Shown here one piece after another: positions 1-9,626 of a stretch of 64,000 bases of DNA; within the stretch, counting starts at the first letter, position 1, and every line of letters starts with the position of its first letter. Origin of the DNA: Bacilli bacterium (lineage in GTDB: Bacteria; Bacillota_I; Bacilli_A; ML615J-28; CAG-313); the NCBI GenBank assembly GCA_045652765.1, contig JAZOLG010000020.1, forward strand, positions 69,633 to 133,632, in the 5' to 3' direction. The notes below the pieces were generated by a model. It ran no database searches and was not told the origin of the DNA. It saw nothing but the letters and a program-made list of their open reading frames with translations. The position numbers were made by a program, and so were the translations under genes.

Positions 1-1215
1 AGTCAGGCGTTAACTGGTGTTGGTGTATGCTTGCCTTTAATATTAATTGTATCAGCTTTTGCGGCATTAGTTTCATCTGGTGGAGCTCCACGCGCTTCAA
101 TTAAACTAGGAGAAAAAGACTATCAAGGTGCTGAAGAAATTCTTGGTAATTGTTTTTCATTACAAATTATCATTTCAATAATATTAACAGCACTTTTGTT
201 GATTTTTGGTAGACCATTACTACTTGCTTTTGGTGGAAGTAGTAACACGATTGAATATGCAACAAGTTATATGAATATATATGCTATAGGTACAATATTT
301 GTTCAACTTACGCTTGGGATGAATGGATTTATTTCATGTCAAGGTTTTACTAAATATAGTATGATCAGTGTTGCAATCGGTGCAGTAACAAATATTATTC
401 TAGATCCCATTTTTATATATGGATTAAATATGGGGGTTTCAGGAGCGGCACTTGCGACTATTATCGCACAAGCTATATCTACAGTTTGGGTATTAAGTTT
501 TTTAAGAAGCAAAAAAACATTTATTAAACTAAAAACAAGTTATATGAAACTACATGCAAATGTTATTGTTCCTTGTGTATTACTTGGACTTGCGACATTT
601 ATTATGCAAGCTAGTGAAAGTGCGATTGCAATTTGTTTTAACTCATCACTTCAAAAATATGGAGGAGATTTGGAAGTAGGCACAATGACTATTCTTACTA
701 GTGTAATGCAATTTGCAATGATGCCAATGCAAGGTGTAGCTCAAGGCGCACAACCAATAATTAGTTACAATTTTGGCGCGAAAAATAAATCAAGAGTCAT
801 CTCAATCTTTAAGTTGTTATTAACTGTTTGTTTGACTTATTCTTTAGTTTTGTTTACAAGCATCATGTTATTTCCAAAAGGATTTGCAGGAATCTTTACT
901 GACAACCAAGAACTTGTAAATTTTGCGTCTAGGATGCTTAGAGTATATTGTGCAGGTATTGGAATATTTGGAATACAAATCGCATGTCAAATGACATTTG
1001 TTTCTATAGGCAATTCTTTGAGTTCAATATTAGTTGCAGTATTTAGAAAAATAATTGTATTGATTCCGTTAATATATATCATACCATTATTAATAGATAA
1101 TAAAATACTTGGTGTATATTTAGCAGAACCGATTGCAGATGTATCTGCTGTCATTTTTACAATTATTTTGTTTAGTTTCAAATTTAAAAAATCGATAAAG
1201 TTAATAACTGAATAA
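1..1215 (+). CDS. MATE family efflux transporter (5' end cut by window edge)
   Basis: Frame 1 is open from nt 1, so the tracked TTG at 31 is probably a window-edge artefact. Many hydrophobic helices and MATE-like stretches (GVSGAALATIIAQAIS, PMQGVAQGAQPIISYNFGA). Confidence 0.8.
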   Translation, partial: SQALTGVGVCLPLILIVSAFAALVSSGGAPRASIKLGEKDYQGAEEILGNCFSLQIIISIILTALLLIFGRPLLLAFGGSSNTIEYATSYMNIYAIGTIFVQLTLGMNGFISCQGFTKYSMISVAIGAVTNIILDPIFIYGLNMGVSGAALATIIAQAISTVWVLSFLRSKKTFIKLKTSYMKLHANVIVPCVLLGLATFIMQASESAIAICFNSSLQKYGGDLEVGTMTILTSVMQFAMMPMQGVAQGAQPIISYNFGAKNKSRVISIFKLLLTVCLTYSLVLFTSIMLFPKGFAGIFTDNQELVNFASRMLRVYCAGIGIFGIQIACQMTFVSIGNSLSSILVAVFRKIIVLIPLIYIIPLLIDNKILGVYLAEPIADVSAVIFTIILFSFKFKKSIKLITE

Positions 1216-1229
1216 AATGGAGGAATAAA

Positions 1230-1535
1230 ATGGAAAAACAAAAAAATATAATGGATCAAATTTTAGATGAAAATAACAATGATAATATAATCTTGTATAA
1301 TGAAAACGGTGAAGAAGTGGAATTTGAACAAATAGCCATCATTCCATTAAATGATAATGTATATCTTATTTTAAAACCAGTTGTTTTATTTGAAGGAATG
1401 CAAGAAAACGAAGGATTAGTATTCCTTATCGAAGAATATGAAGATGATACAAAATTCAAATTATGTGTTGAAGAAGATATAATTGATGAAGTGTTTAAAA
1501 TATATGATTCATTATGTATGAATAATGAAAAATAA
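1230..1535 (+). CDS. DUF1292 family small acidic protein
   Basis: 101 aa, acidic. Core NGEEVEFEQIAIIPLNDNVYLILKPV resembles DUF1292. GGAGGA lies 5 nt before the ATG. Confidence 0.65.
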   Translation: MEKQKNIMDQILDENNNDNIILYNENGEEVEFEQIAIIPLNDNVYLILKPVVLFEGMQENEGLVFLIEEYEDDTKFKLCVEEDIIDEVFKIYDSLCMNNEK

Positions 1536-1541
1536 AACTAT

Positions 1542-1568
1542 CACTTACTATTAAAGTAAGTGGTTTTT
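1542..1568 (+). terminator. Rho-independent terminator after the DUF1292 gene
   Basis: CACTTACT / AGTAAGTG stem, 5-nt loop, followed by GTTTTT. Confidence 0.75.
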
Positions 1569-1653
1569 ACTTATAGATAAAATAATAACATCAATTATTA
1601 ACTTTAGTTAGGGTGTATATGCTATCTATGTTTGTGTATATAAAAATAATTTA

Positions 1654-1662
1654 TGATATAAT
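1654..1662 (+). promoter_or_regulatory. Extended -10 element (TGATATAAT) of a possible murC leader promoter
   Basis: TGnTATAAT at 1654-1662. Only a weak -35 (TTTGTG/TGTGTA region) lies upstream. Confidence 0.35.
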
Positions 1663-1789
1663 GTTTTTAATAAATCAATTAAAACTACAAAAAATATTTT
1701 TAAGATTTTTTTAAAAGATATCATTGAATAGTTGGTTCAAATAAAACTGGATATTAGAAAGTATAAATTTTATTTAATTAAATATAAAA

Positions 1790-1826
1790 ATCATCATTTG
1801 CATATAATGCAAGTGGTGATTTTTTT
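1790..1826 (+). terminator. Terminator-like hairpin abutting the murC start codon (candidate attenuator)
   Basis: 14-bp stem (1790-1803 with 1807-1820, two G-U pairs), 3-nt loop, then T6 ending at 1826. The ATG is at 1827. The only SD-like GGTGAT (1815-1820) lies in the 3' arm. Confidence 0.6.
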
Positions 1827-3029
1827 ATGAAGTATTATTTAGTTGGTATTAAAGGTAGTGGTATGGCAGCACTGGCTTGCTTTTTAAAATCTATTGGGCA
1901 TGATGTTATAGGCAGTGACACAATAAATGATTATGGTTTTGAAAGTAAGTTGCAAACTATAGGGATTAATATTTTGCCATTTTCAAAAGATAATATTAAA
2001 AGTGATTATATATATATAATTAGTAATGCTTACCAAAAAGATTTTATTGAAGTAAAAGAAATTATTAAACAAAATTATTCTTATTTTTACTATCATGAAT
2101 TTATTAGTACTTTGAAAGGAATTCATATTGCAGTTAGTGGTACACATGGTAAAACAACTACAACTACCTTTTTAAAAGATTTGTTAATAGATCAGTCAAT
2201 TGCATATATTATTGGTGATGGGACTGGTGGAGGAAAGCCAAATTATAAATATTTGATCTATGAAGCATGTGAATATCAAGATCATTTTTTAGCTTATAAT
2301 CCTGATATTTTAGTAATAACAAATATTGACTTTGATCATCCGGATTACTTTAAAGATATATATGATGTTCAAAAGTCATTTGATAAATTAAAGACAAAAT
2401 CCAAATCTGTTATTGAACTAAACAAAAATGATTATGAAATACTTGAAACATCAAATCAAAAAACAATGTTTAAATATTTAGAAAATATATATATTACTAA
2501 TTTAGTTGGTAAACATTTAATCGAAGATTTGGTACTATGTTTAAAGGTCTTAACGATGCTTGGTTTTAATTTTGAATATATCCAAACACGCTTAGAAAAG
2601 TTACGTTTACCCAAAAGAAGAAGCGAGGAAACTAAAATTAAAAATACAATTATTATTGAAGATTATGGCCATCACCCAAACGAAATTAAGGCATTAGAAG
2701 AAATGATTAGAACAAAGTATCCTAGATATTTTATAACTTGTATTTTCCAACCACACACCTATTCCAGAACGTTAAAATTCTATAAAGAGTTTATAGAAAG
2801 TTTAGAAAAGTTTGATAAAGTATATATAGATGATGTTTTTTCATCTAAAAGAGAACCCTACGATTTAACTAAACAAAATCAAATAAATTATTTATTTAAT
2901 ATGTTCGAAAAATATGAAGATTTAAATGTTTATAATATCGACTTTCATGAAGAACAAATAATAGTTTTGTTAGGTGCAGGCAACGTGCACACTAGATTTA
3001 AAGAAAAACTTAAAAATGAAAAAGAATGA
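1827..3029 (+). CDS. murC: UDP-N-acetylmuramate--L-alanine ligase (Mur ligase family)
   Basis: N-terminal GIKGSGMAALA dinucleotide fold, P-loop GTHGKTTTT and DYGHHPNEI motif typical of MurC. 400 aa, slightly short for the family. Confidence 0.75.
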   Translation: MKYYLVGIKGSGMAALACFLKSIGHDVIGSDTINDYGFESKLQTIGINILPFSKDNIKSDYIYIISNAYQKDFIEVKEIIKQNYSYFYYHEFISTLKGIHIAVSGTHGKTTTTTFLKDLLIDQSIAYIIGDGTGGGKPNYKYLIYEACEYQDHFLAYNPDILVITNIDFDHPDYFKDIYDVQKSFDKLKTKSKSVIELNKNDYEILETSNQKTMFKYLENIYITNLVGKHLIEDLVLCLKVLTMLGFNFEYIQTRLEKLRLPKRRSEETKIKNTIIIEDYGHHPNEIKALEEMIRTKYPRYFITCIFQPHTYSRTLKFYKEFIESLEKFDKVYIDDVFSSKREPYDLTKQNQINYLFNMFEKYEDLNVYNIDFHEEQIIVLLGAGNVHTRFKEKLKNEKE

Positions 3030-3046
3030 AAATATTTTCATTTCTA

Positions 3047-3075
3047 TTGAAAAAATAATATATTAATAGTATAAT
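3047..3075 (+). promoter_or_regulatory. Sigma-A type promoter of the ccpA-like/tyrS unit
   Basis: TTGAAA (3047-3052), 17-bp spacer, TATAAT (3070-3075). AGGAGG RBS follows before the ATG at 3105. Confidence 0.6.
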
Positions 3076-3104
3076 AAGACGTAAAATAATTTAGGAGGTG
3101 CTCA

Positions 3105-4130
3105 ATGAACCAAATCAAGATTTATGATGTAGCAGGTGCAGCTGGTGTTTCTTTAGCAACAGTATCTAGAGTTTTAAATCATCCAGAAAAAGTTAAACCA
3201 GCAACAAGAGAAAAGATTGAACGTATTATTAAAGAATTGGGATACAAGCCTAACTTAAATGCAAAAGGACTAGCTAGTTCTAAATCAACTACAGTTGCGG
3301 TTGTTGTTCCTGAACTTACTAGAAGTAGTATTGCTGAAATGATTAATGGTATTGCCGATTGTGCAAGACGCCGTGGTTACTTATTAAGATTATTTGTAAA
3401 TAATAAAAATATTCGTGATAATGATGCATTAGAAAAAGAACATGAATTATGGCAAGATGTTGTAGCATCTGGTGTTGATGGCGTTTTATATATCAATGAT
3501 GAAATTACAGAAGAACATGAAAAAATGTTATTAAATATCCCAATGGATGTTGTATTAACAAATACAGTATGTTCTAATCCTCGTATTGCGATGGCTTCAC
3601 TTGATTATAAGAAAGCCGCATACGAAATTACTAAAGATATGATTAGACGTGGTAATACAAAAATTTGGATGATCACAACACTTCGTAAATATGTGATGAA
3701 TGATTTAAAGGTTGATGGTTATTTAGAAGCAATGAAAGAAGCTAACCTTGAACCACGCGTCATTTCTGTATCAGGTAAAACTGAGCTTAATGAAGTAGAT
3801 TATAATGAAATATTACAAAATGAACATCCTGAAGTTGCGATCGTTGTTCGTGATTCAATGGCTGTATCGTTTATAAATGTAGCAAGACTTTTACATATCC
3901 ATATTCCGGATGATATGCAAGTAATTGGATTCCAAAATACAAGATATGCTGAACTTTCAAGACCAAAGTTGACATGTGTTGAAACTCCAATTTATGATAT
4001 TGGTGAAAAAGCTATGGACTTACTTACAAATCTAATGGAAAGAGAAGAAGAAACAGAAGATATGCCAGACTTAAAACAATATGTAGATTATAGTGTAGTA
4101 TGGCGTGATAGTACGAAAAAGGAGAACTAG
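3105..4130 (+). CDS. ccpA: LacI family transcriptional regulator, CcpA-like
   Basis: N-terminal HTH IYDVAGAAGVSLATVSRVLN and C-terminal VIGFQNTRYAELSRPKLTCVETPIYDIGEKAMDLLTNLM closely parallel B. subtilis CcpA as I recall it. Lies next to tyrS, as ccpA does regionally in Bacillus. Confidence 0.6.
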   Translation: MNQIKIYDVAGAAGVSLATVSRVLNHPEKVKPATREKIERIIKELGYKPNLNAKGLASSKSTTVAVVVPELTRSSIAEMINGIADCARRRGYLLRLFVNNKNIRDNDALEKEHELWQDVVASGVDGVLYINDEITEEHEKMLLNIPMDVVLTNTVCSNPRIAMASLDYKKAAYEITKDMIRRGNTKIWMITTLRKYVMNDLKVDGYLEAMKEANLEPRVISVSGKTELNEVDYNEILQNEHPEVAIVVRDSMAVSFINVARLLHIHIPDDMQVIGFQNTRYAELSRPKLTCVETPIYDIGEKAMDLLTNLMEREEETEDMPDLKQYVDYSVVWRDSTKKEN

Positions 4131-4133
4131 AAA

Positions 4134-5363
4134 ATGAATTTGTTTGAAGAATTAAAATGGCGTGGACTAATCCACTCAGTTACAGATGAAGCAGTAATTG
4201 AAAAGATTAATAATGGAGAAGTTACATTCTATTTAGGCGCTGACCCAACTGGAGATAGTTTACATGTTGGACACTTACTTGTATATTTATTTGCAAAAAG
4301 ACTTGAATCTGTAGGTAATAAACCAATTTTCTTAATTGGTGGAGCAACAGCTTCAATTGGTGACCCAAAACCAGGTGCAGAACGTCAATTATTATCAAGA
4401 GAAACAATTGATCATAATGCAAATTGTTTATTTAATCAAGTATCTAATTTATTCCCAGCAGAAATGGTTAACAACTACAACTGGACAAAAGATTTAGATA
4501 TTTTAACATTCTTAAGAACATATGGTAAGTTCTTTAATGTAAACTATATGATTAATAAAGAAACAGTTAAAGCAAGACTTGATTCAGGAATTTCTTATGC
4601 TGAATTCTCATACCAAATTCTTCAAGCTTTAGACTTTGAACATTTATATAGAACTAAAGGATGTACATTACAAGTTGGTGGACAAGACCAATGGGGTAAC
4701 ATTACATCTGGACTAGAATTAATTAGAAAAATGAATGGTTCAGACGCAATAGCGTATGGTGTAACAGTTCCACTAGTATTAAAATCTGATGGTACTAAAT
4801 TTGGTAAATCAGAATCAGGTGCAGTTTGGGTAGATCCAAAGAAAACTAGCCCATATCACTTCTATCAATTCTGGATTAATACACCAGATAGTGATGTAGT
4901 AATGCGTTTAAAACAATTCACATTCTTATCTGTTGAAGAAATTATGGAACTTGAAGAATCACTAAAAAATGAAGCGCATTTAAGAAAAGCTCAAAAGGCA
5001 TTAGCAGCTGATATTACAAAATTAATTCATGGTGAAGAAGGCCTTGAAAGTGCATTAAAAATAACTAATGCATTATTTAGCGGCAAAGTTAATGAATTAA
5101 CTTCAGAAGAAATTGAAATGGCATTTGATGGTATGCCTCAAGTAGAAGTAGAAGATGGAACACTTTTAATTGATGCACTTGTTCAATGCAAAGCAGCAGG
5201 ATCTAAACGTGAAGCAAGAGAATTTATTAACAATGGTGCAGTACTAGTTAACGGTGAACAACAAAAGAACCTAGAATTTACTGTCTTAAAAGAAAATGCT
5301 ATAGGTAATAAATATACTGTCGTTAGACGTGGAAAGAAAAATTACTATTTATTAAAACACTAA
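4134..5363 (+). CDS. tyrS: Tyrosine--tRNA ligase
   Basis: HIGH-type motif (SLHVGHL), KMSKS-type motif (KFGKS), C-terminal S4-like domain, 409 aa. Confidence 0.95.
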   Translation: MNLFEELKWRGLIHSVTDEAVIEKINNGEVTFYLGADPTGDSLHVGHLLVYLFAKRLESVGNKPIFLIGGATASIGDPKPGAERQLLSRETIDHNANCLFNQVSNLFPAEMVNNYNWTKDLDILTFLRTYGKFFNVNYMINKETVKARLDSGISYAEFSYQILQALDFEHLYRTKGCTLQVGGQDQWGNITSGLELIRKMNGSDAIAYGVTVPLVLKSDGTKFGKSESGAVWVDPKKTSPYHFYQFWINTPDSDVVMRLKQFTFLSVEEIMELEESLKNEAHLRKAQKALAADITKLIHGEEGLESALKITNALFSGKVNELTSEEIEMAFDGMPQVEVEDGTLLIDALVQCKAAGSKREAREFINNGAVLVNGEQQKNLEFTVLKENAIGNKYTVVRRGKKNYYLLKH

Positions 5364-5386
5364 GGTACAAGTTTTGTACCTTTTTT
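5364..5386 (+). terminator. Rho-independent terminator after tyrS
   Basis: GGTACAA / TTGTACC stem, GTT loop, T6 run. Confidence 0.8.
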
Positions 5387-5435
5387 CTTTTGACATATTA
5401 ATACATTTTTTTCATATATTGTAATAGGTGATTAA

Positions 5436-6254
5436 ATGATATATGAAAACCCCTTAGAACTTATTGGTAATACACCAGTAGTAAAATATAAAAACATATA
5501 TATTAAGTTGGAGGGTTATAGCTTAACCAATTCATTAAAAGATAGATCTGCTTTATCAATTGTATTAAATAATCTAGATAGACAGAAAACACTAGTAACA
5601 TCAACTAGTGGTAACTTTGGTATATCTTTATCTTGTATTTGTGCATATCTTAAACAAAAATTAATTGTTATTATGCCAGAAGGGTTTCAAAACAAAAAAC
5701 AAATTATGGAATCTTTTGGAACTATGGTTATTGAAACAAATAAAAATGATGGAATGAATGGTACAATAAGGAAACTAAAAGAATTTAATACAAATGATTA
5801 TGTTGTAATTAATCAATTTACAAGTTTATATAATCCACTAGGATATATATCTTTAGTAAAAGAAATACAGAAAGATTTCAAAAAGTTAGATTATGTAGTA
5901 GTAGGCATTGGAAGTAGTGGCACATATTATACACTTTCTAGATGTTTAAAGAAAATATATCCTAATATTAAAATAGTTGGAGTTGAACCAGTAGATAATA
6001 ATAAAATTGACGGAATCGGTAGTAATACTAAGTGGGGCATAAAGCAAAGAATTAAAGATTTGAATATATATAAAGTAAGCGAAATAGATGCATTTAACAA
6101 AACAAAAGAGCTGTTAAGAAATGGTTATAATGTAGGTCTTTCAACAGGTGCGAATATATATGTTGGTGAGATGATTGAAAAAGAAAATCCTAGTTCTACA
6201 ATCCTTGTAATATCAGCTGATAATAGTTTTAAGTATAGTGATCGGCTTGTTTAG
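5436..6254 (+). CDS. Cysteine synthase family PLP enzyme (short CysK/CysM-like)
   Basis: IGNTPVV, SLKDRSA (PLP-lysine context) and GIGSSGT motifs. 272 aa is shorter than the canonical length of about 305 aa. Confidence 0.6.
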   Translation: MIYENPLELIGNTPVVKYKNIYIKLEGYSLTNSLKDRSALSIVLNNLDRQKTLVTSTSGNFGISLSCICAYLKQKLIVIMPEGFQNKKQIMESFGTMVIETNKNDGMNGTIRKLKEFNTNDYVVINQFTSLYNPLGYISLVKEIQKDFKKLDYVVVGIGSSGTYYTLSRCLKKIYPNIKIVGVEPVDNNKIDGIGSNTKWGIKQRIKDLNIYKVSEIDAFNKTKELLRNGYNVGLSTGANIYVGEMIEKENPSSTILVISADNSFKYSDRLV

Positions 6255-6747
6255 ATATCTGAAATACATTAAATCAATTGATCCTGCTATGAAATCATAT
6301 TTACAAATACTATTATTTAATGATGGATTTTGGGCATTTGTTTGGTATAAAGTTTCACACTGGTTATATACGCATCATTTAAAAATAATTGCGTTATTTA
6401 TCATGCATAGAGTAAAGATAAAAAGAGGGATTGAAATTCATCCTGCGTGTTTAATTGGTAAGAATCTACTTATAGATCACGGTGTAGGAGTTGTAATTGG
6501 CGAAACAACAATTATTGGTGATAACTGTTTAATCTATCAAGGTGTAACATTAGGTGGAACCGGAAAAGAAAATGGAAAACGTCATCCTACAATTGGTAAA
6601 AATGTAATGATAGGCGCAGGAGCAAAAGTTCTTGGAAATATATATATCGGTGATAATGTAAAAATAGGTGCGAATGCAACTGTTTTAGATAATATAGACT
6701 CATTAAATACTGTAGTTGGGTGTAAAGGAAAAATTGTTCAAAAGTAA
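6238..6747 (+). CDS. cysE: Serine O-acetyltransferase
   Basis: Left-handed beta-helix hexapeptide repeats: [46 protein letters not shown]...KRHPTIG. GTG start overlaps the upstream gene by 17 nt. Confidence 0.85.
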   Translation: MIGLFRYLKYIKSIDPAMKSYLQILLFNDGFWAFVWYKVSHWLYTHHLKIIALFIMHRVKIKRGIEIHPACLIGKNLLIDHGVGVVIGETTIIGDNCLIYQGVTLGGTGKENGKRHPTIGKNVMIGAGAKVLGNIYIGDNVKIGANATVLDNIDSLNTVVGCKGKIVQK

Positions 6748-6778
6748 TTACTATGTATTATTTAAGTTAAAAAAGAAA

Positions 6779-6805
6779 GTGTCAGAAAAAAATCTGACAT
6801 TTTTT
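6779..6805 (+). terminator. Rho-independent terminator after cysE
   Basis: TGTCAGA / TCTGACA stem, A-rich loop, T-run. Confidence 0.8.
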
Positions 6806-6816
6806 AATATTATTTA

Positions 6817-6845
6817 TTGAAATCATATCATAAAAGTGATATAAT
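6817..6845 (+). promoter_or_regulatory. Promoter of operon A (serine hydrolase-GNAT-deacetylase-GHL10)
   Basis: TTGAAA (6817-6822), 17-bp spacer, TGaTATAAT (6837-6845). The -35 element coincides with the TTG used as start in the ORF track, which argues for a later start codon. Confidence 0.6.
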
Positions 6846-6864
6846 ATATAAAATGGAGAAAAAT

Positions 6865-7956
6865 ATGAAACTTAAAGAACTAGAAAAATTAATTCAAAGC
6901 GGGGTTGAAAATGGTGCATTTCCGGGTGCAACCTTCGCTATTGTTTTTAAAGACATGATATATACCAACTTTGTTGGTAATAAAGCACTTTATCCAAATG
7001 TTGAGCCAAATAGCCTTGATACCATTTATGATATGGCATCATGTTCTAAAGTTATTTCAACTGCAAGTGGTATATTAAAACTAATTGAAACAGGCAAAAT
7101 TAGACTTTTTACAAAAGTATCTGAAATTATACCTGAGTTTATTCATAAAGATTTAACTGTATGGAATTTAGTAACACACACATCAGGACTTGTTGAATGT
7201 GTTCCAAACCATGCTAATATTAAAGACAGCAATGAGATATGGGAAAAGGTAATGAATGCTGATAAACCATATCCATCTAATGAACATATAAAGTACTCTG
7301 ATTTAAACTTTATTTTATTAGGTGAAATCATAAAAAGAGTAAGTGGAAAACCACTTGATGAATTTGTTAAATGTGAAATTTTCGATAAACTAGAAATGTA
7401 TGATACTGGATATAATCCAGAAGATATCAACAGATGTGCACCAACTGAAGAAAGAAACGATTTGGTTGTGCAAGGAATAGTGCGTGGTAAAGTACACGAT
7501 GAAACAGCATACACATTGGGTGGTGTTGCAGGTCATGCCGGACTTTTCTCAACCGCTAATGATACAGCAAAATTTATTCAAATGATTTTAAACAATGGAA
7601 CATATAAAAACACTCAGGTATTTCCAAAGTGCATTGTTGATATGATGTATACTCCGCTTGTTAAAGAACAAGTTGGGTTATCAGTTTTACCACTTCAAAG
7701 AAGTGTTGGTTGGATTATTAAAGATTACAATCCAGCGAGTGGAGATTTAGTAAGCAACAATACAATTCAACATACTGGATTTACCGGAACTAATCTTTGG
7801 ATTGACCGTGATAATGAGGTTGGATTCTGTTTATTAACAAATAGAGTACATCCAACAAGAAGTAATCTTAAACATATGGAACTTAGACCTAAGGTCGCAA
7901 ATTATTTAATTGCCAATTTAAAAGAAATAAGGGAGGAAATAAAAAATGCAAATTAA
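6865..7956 (+). CDS. Class C beta-lactamase-fold serine hydrolase, cytoplasmic (AmiE/YbbE-like candidate)
   Basis: SxxK motif (ASCSKV) and HTGFTGT near the C-terminus. No signal peptide. Start moved to the ATG at 6865 (GGAG 6 nt upstream) because the promoter overlaps the tracked TTG at 6817. Confidence 0.7.
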   Translation: MKLKELEKLIQSGVENGAFPGATFAIVFKDMIYTNFVGNKALYPNVEPNSLDTIYDMASCSKVISTASGILKLIETGKIRLFTKVSEIIPEFIHKDLTVWNLVTHTSGLVECVPNHANIKDSNEIWEKVMNADKPYPSNEHIKYSDLNFILLGEIIKRVSGKPLDEFVKCEIFDKLEMYDTGYNPEDINRCAPTEERNDLVVQGIVRGKVHDETAYTLGGVAGHAGLFSTANDTAKFIQMILNNGTYKNTQVFPKCIVDMMYTPLVKEQVGLSVLPLQRSVGWIIKDYNPASGDLVSNNTIQHTGFTGTNLWIDRDNEVGFCLLTNRVHPTRSNLKHMELRPKVANYLIANLKEIREEIKNAN

Positions 7957-8932
7957 ACAATTTAAATTAGCTGAACATAGTGATGTAGTATTAAACTTAT
8001 GGAATGAAGTAGTTAGTGAAAAAGATTTTTATTATCAATTCGATAAAGCTGGATTTGAATCTATGCTTTATAAAAATCCACACTTCAAAGAAGAAGGTGC
8101 ATTTGTAGCCTATGAAGGGGAAACATTAATTGGTTTTGCGGTTGGATTTATTCGTAATGAAGATATTGACAATCCTAATGCACCAGGATATTTTAATACA
8201 ATTGTTGTAAAAAAAGAATTTAGAAGACAAGGAGTTGGAACAGCTCTTTTAAATAGTGTTGAAGGATATTTTAAAGCTATGGGAAAAACTGCTTCTCGTT
8301 CAGTATTCTTAAGCCCTGTAAATTGGCCATGGTATATTCCTGGAACTAATCATCATAATCATCCAGGTGCACCTGCAATTCCTGTAAATAAACCTGAGTA
8401 TTTCTTCTTACTTCATAATGGCTATCACATGCAAGGTCAAATTGATGCTTTCCATTTAGACTTAGCAAAATTTGAAATGCCAGAAAATGTTTTAGCAAAA
8501 ATGAAAGAAAATGAAGAAAAAGGTTTAACTATTGAAGTTTTTGATCCAAATAAACACTATGGTGTTGACGAATTCTGTGAAGCAATTCAAAACCCAGGTT
8601 TTGCAAGATCAATCAAATATAATTTACAAAGAGAAGAACCAAGACCATTCTTAATTGTATCTGACAATAATAGAATGGCAGGATGGACTGGTCCAATGTA
8701 TACTGAATCAACTGGTCGTGGACATTTAGATGGAATTGCCGTTGATCCAAATGTACGTGGTGGTGGACTTGGTAAAGCATTATTCTGTAAACTTTGTGAA
8801 TATTCTAAAAATCAAGGTTCAAGTTTCATGACTTTCTTTACAGGTTTAGAAAACAAAGCTAGATATATATATTTAGCAGCCGGATTTGATATTATTCAAA
8901 CATTCGGTATTCTTAGAAAGGAATTAAAATAA
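7946..8932 (+). CDS. Double-domain GNAT family N-acetyltransferase
   Basis: Two acetyl-CoA binding motifs (RRQGVGTALL and VRGGGLGKALF). 328 aa. Overlaps the upstream gene by 11 nt. Confidence 0.7.
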   Translation: MQIKQFKLAEHSDVVLNLWNEVVSEKDFYYQFDKAGFESMLYKNPHFKEEGAFVAYEGETLIGFAVGFIRNEDIDNPNAPGYFNTIVVKKEFRRQGVGTALLNSVEGYFKAMGKTASRSVFLSPVNWPWYIPGTNHHNHPGAPAIPVNKPEYFFLLHNGYHMQGQIDAFHLDLAKFEMPENVLAKMKENEEKGLTIEVFDPNKHYGVDEFCEAIQNPGFARSIKYNLQREEPRPFLIVSDNNRMAGWTGPMYTESTGRGHLDGIAVDPNVRGGGLGKALFCKLCEYSKNQGSSFMTFFTGLENKARYIYLAAGFDIIQTFGILRKELK

Positions 8933-8933
8933 T

Positions 8934-9626
8934 ATGGCAAAAACTATTCTTGCGATTGGTGGTCACATCGGTGATGCCGAACTTACTGCAGGAGGTGTAA
9001 TGGCCACAAATGCTGTCCAAGGTGGAAAGAATTATACTTTAGCTTTAACAGCAGGTGAACGTGGTAATCCTGCCCACTTAACAGTAGCGGAATACAGAGA
9101 ACAAAAAATCAAAGAAGCAAATGAATTTGCTGAAATGATGAATGGTAAAGCTTATGTATTAAGATATCAAGATGGTGAACTTCCTAATAATGAAGAAGTT
9201 AGATATGAAGTAGCTAATATAATTAGAGAAGTAAGACCAGATGTAATTATTACACACTGGAAATCTACAATGCATAAAGATCACAACAATACACACTTAA
9301 TTGTACCTGATGCACAATTTTTAGCAAGTGTAGTTGAATGTGACAAGATCAAAGGTAAACGCCATTATGCTCCTGTATACTTCGCAGAAAACTGGGAAGA
9401 TGATTTAGATTTTGATCCATATATATATGTAGATATTACTCCTGGATATGATCTTTGGTGTAAAGCATTAGAAAAACATTGGTTTGTTATGAATAGTAAA
9501 GATTTTAAATATTTTGACTATTATACTTCTTTAGCAAGATGTAGAGGTTGTTTAAATAAAACAATGTATGCTGAAACATTCAATATACAACAAAGACAAA
9601 AAGTTAAAAAAGGAGGAATACTATAA
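8934..9626 (+). CDS. PIG-L/LmbE family N-acetylglucosaminyl deacetylase
   Basis: N-terminal ILAIGGHIGDAELTAGG and HKDHNNTH metal-site pattern, 230 aa. Start is 1 nt after the upstream stop. Confidence 0.65.
   Translation: MAKTILAIGGHIGDAELTAGGVMATNAVQGGKNYTLALTAGERGNPAHLTVAEYREQKIKEANEFAEMMNGKAYVLRYQDGELPNNEEVRYEVANIIREVRPDVIITHWKSTMHKDHNNTHLIVPDAQFLASVVECDKIKGKRHYAPVYFAENWEDDLDFDPYIYVDITPGYDLWCKALEKHWFVMNSKDFKYFDYYTSLARCRGCLNKTMYAETFNIQQRQKVKKGGIL

Noticed and set aside
6817-6864. Tracked TTG start at 6817 for the serine hydrolase. Similar cases are the TTG starts at 46628, 49756 and 60531.
   Set aside because: At 6817 the TTG is the -35 hexamer of a well-spaced promoter. In all four cases a downstream ATG or GTG with a properly spaced GGAG/GGAGG is available and fits homolog N-termini.
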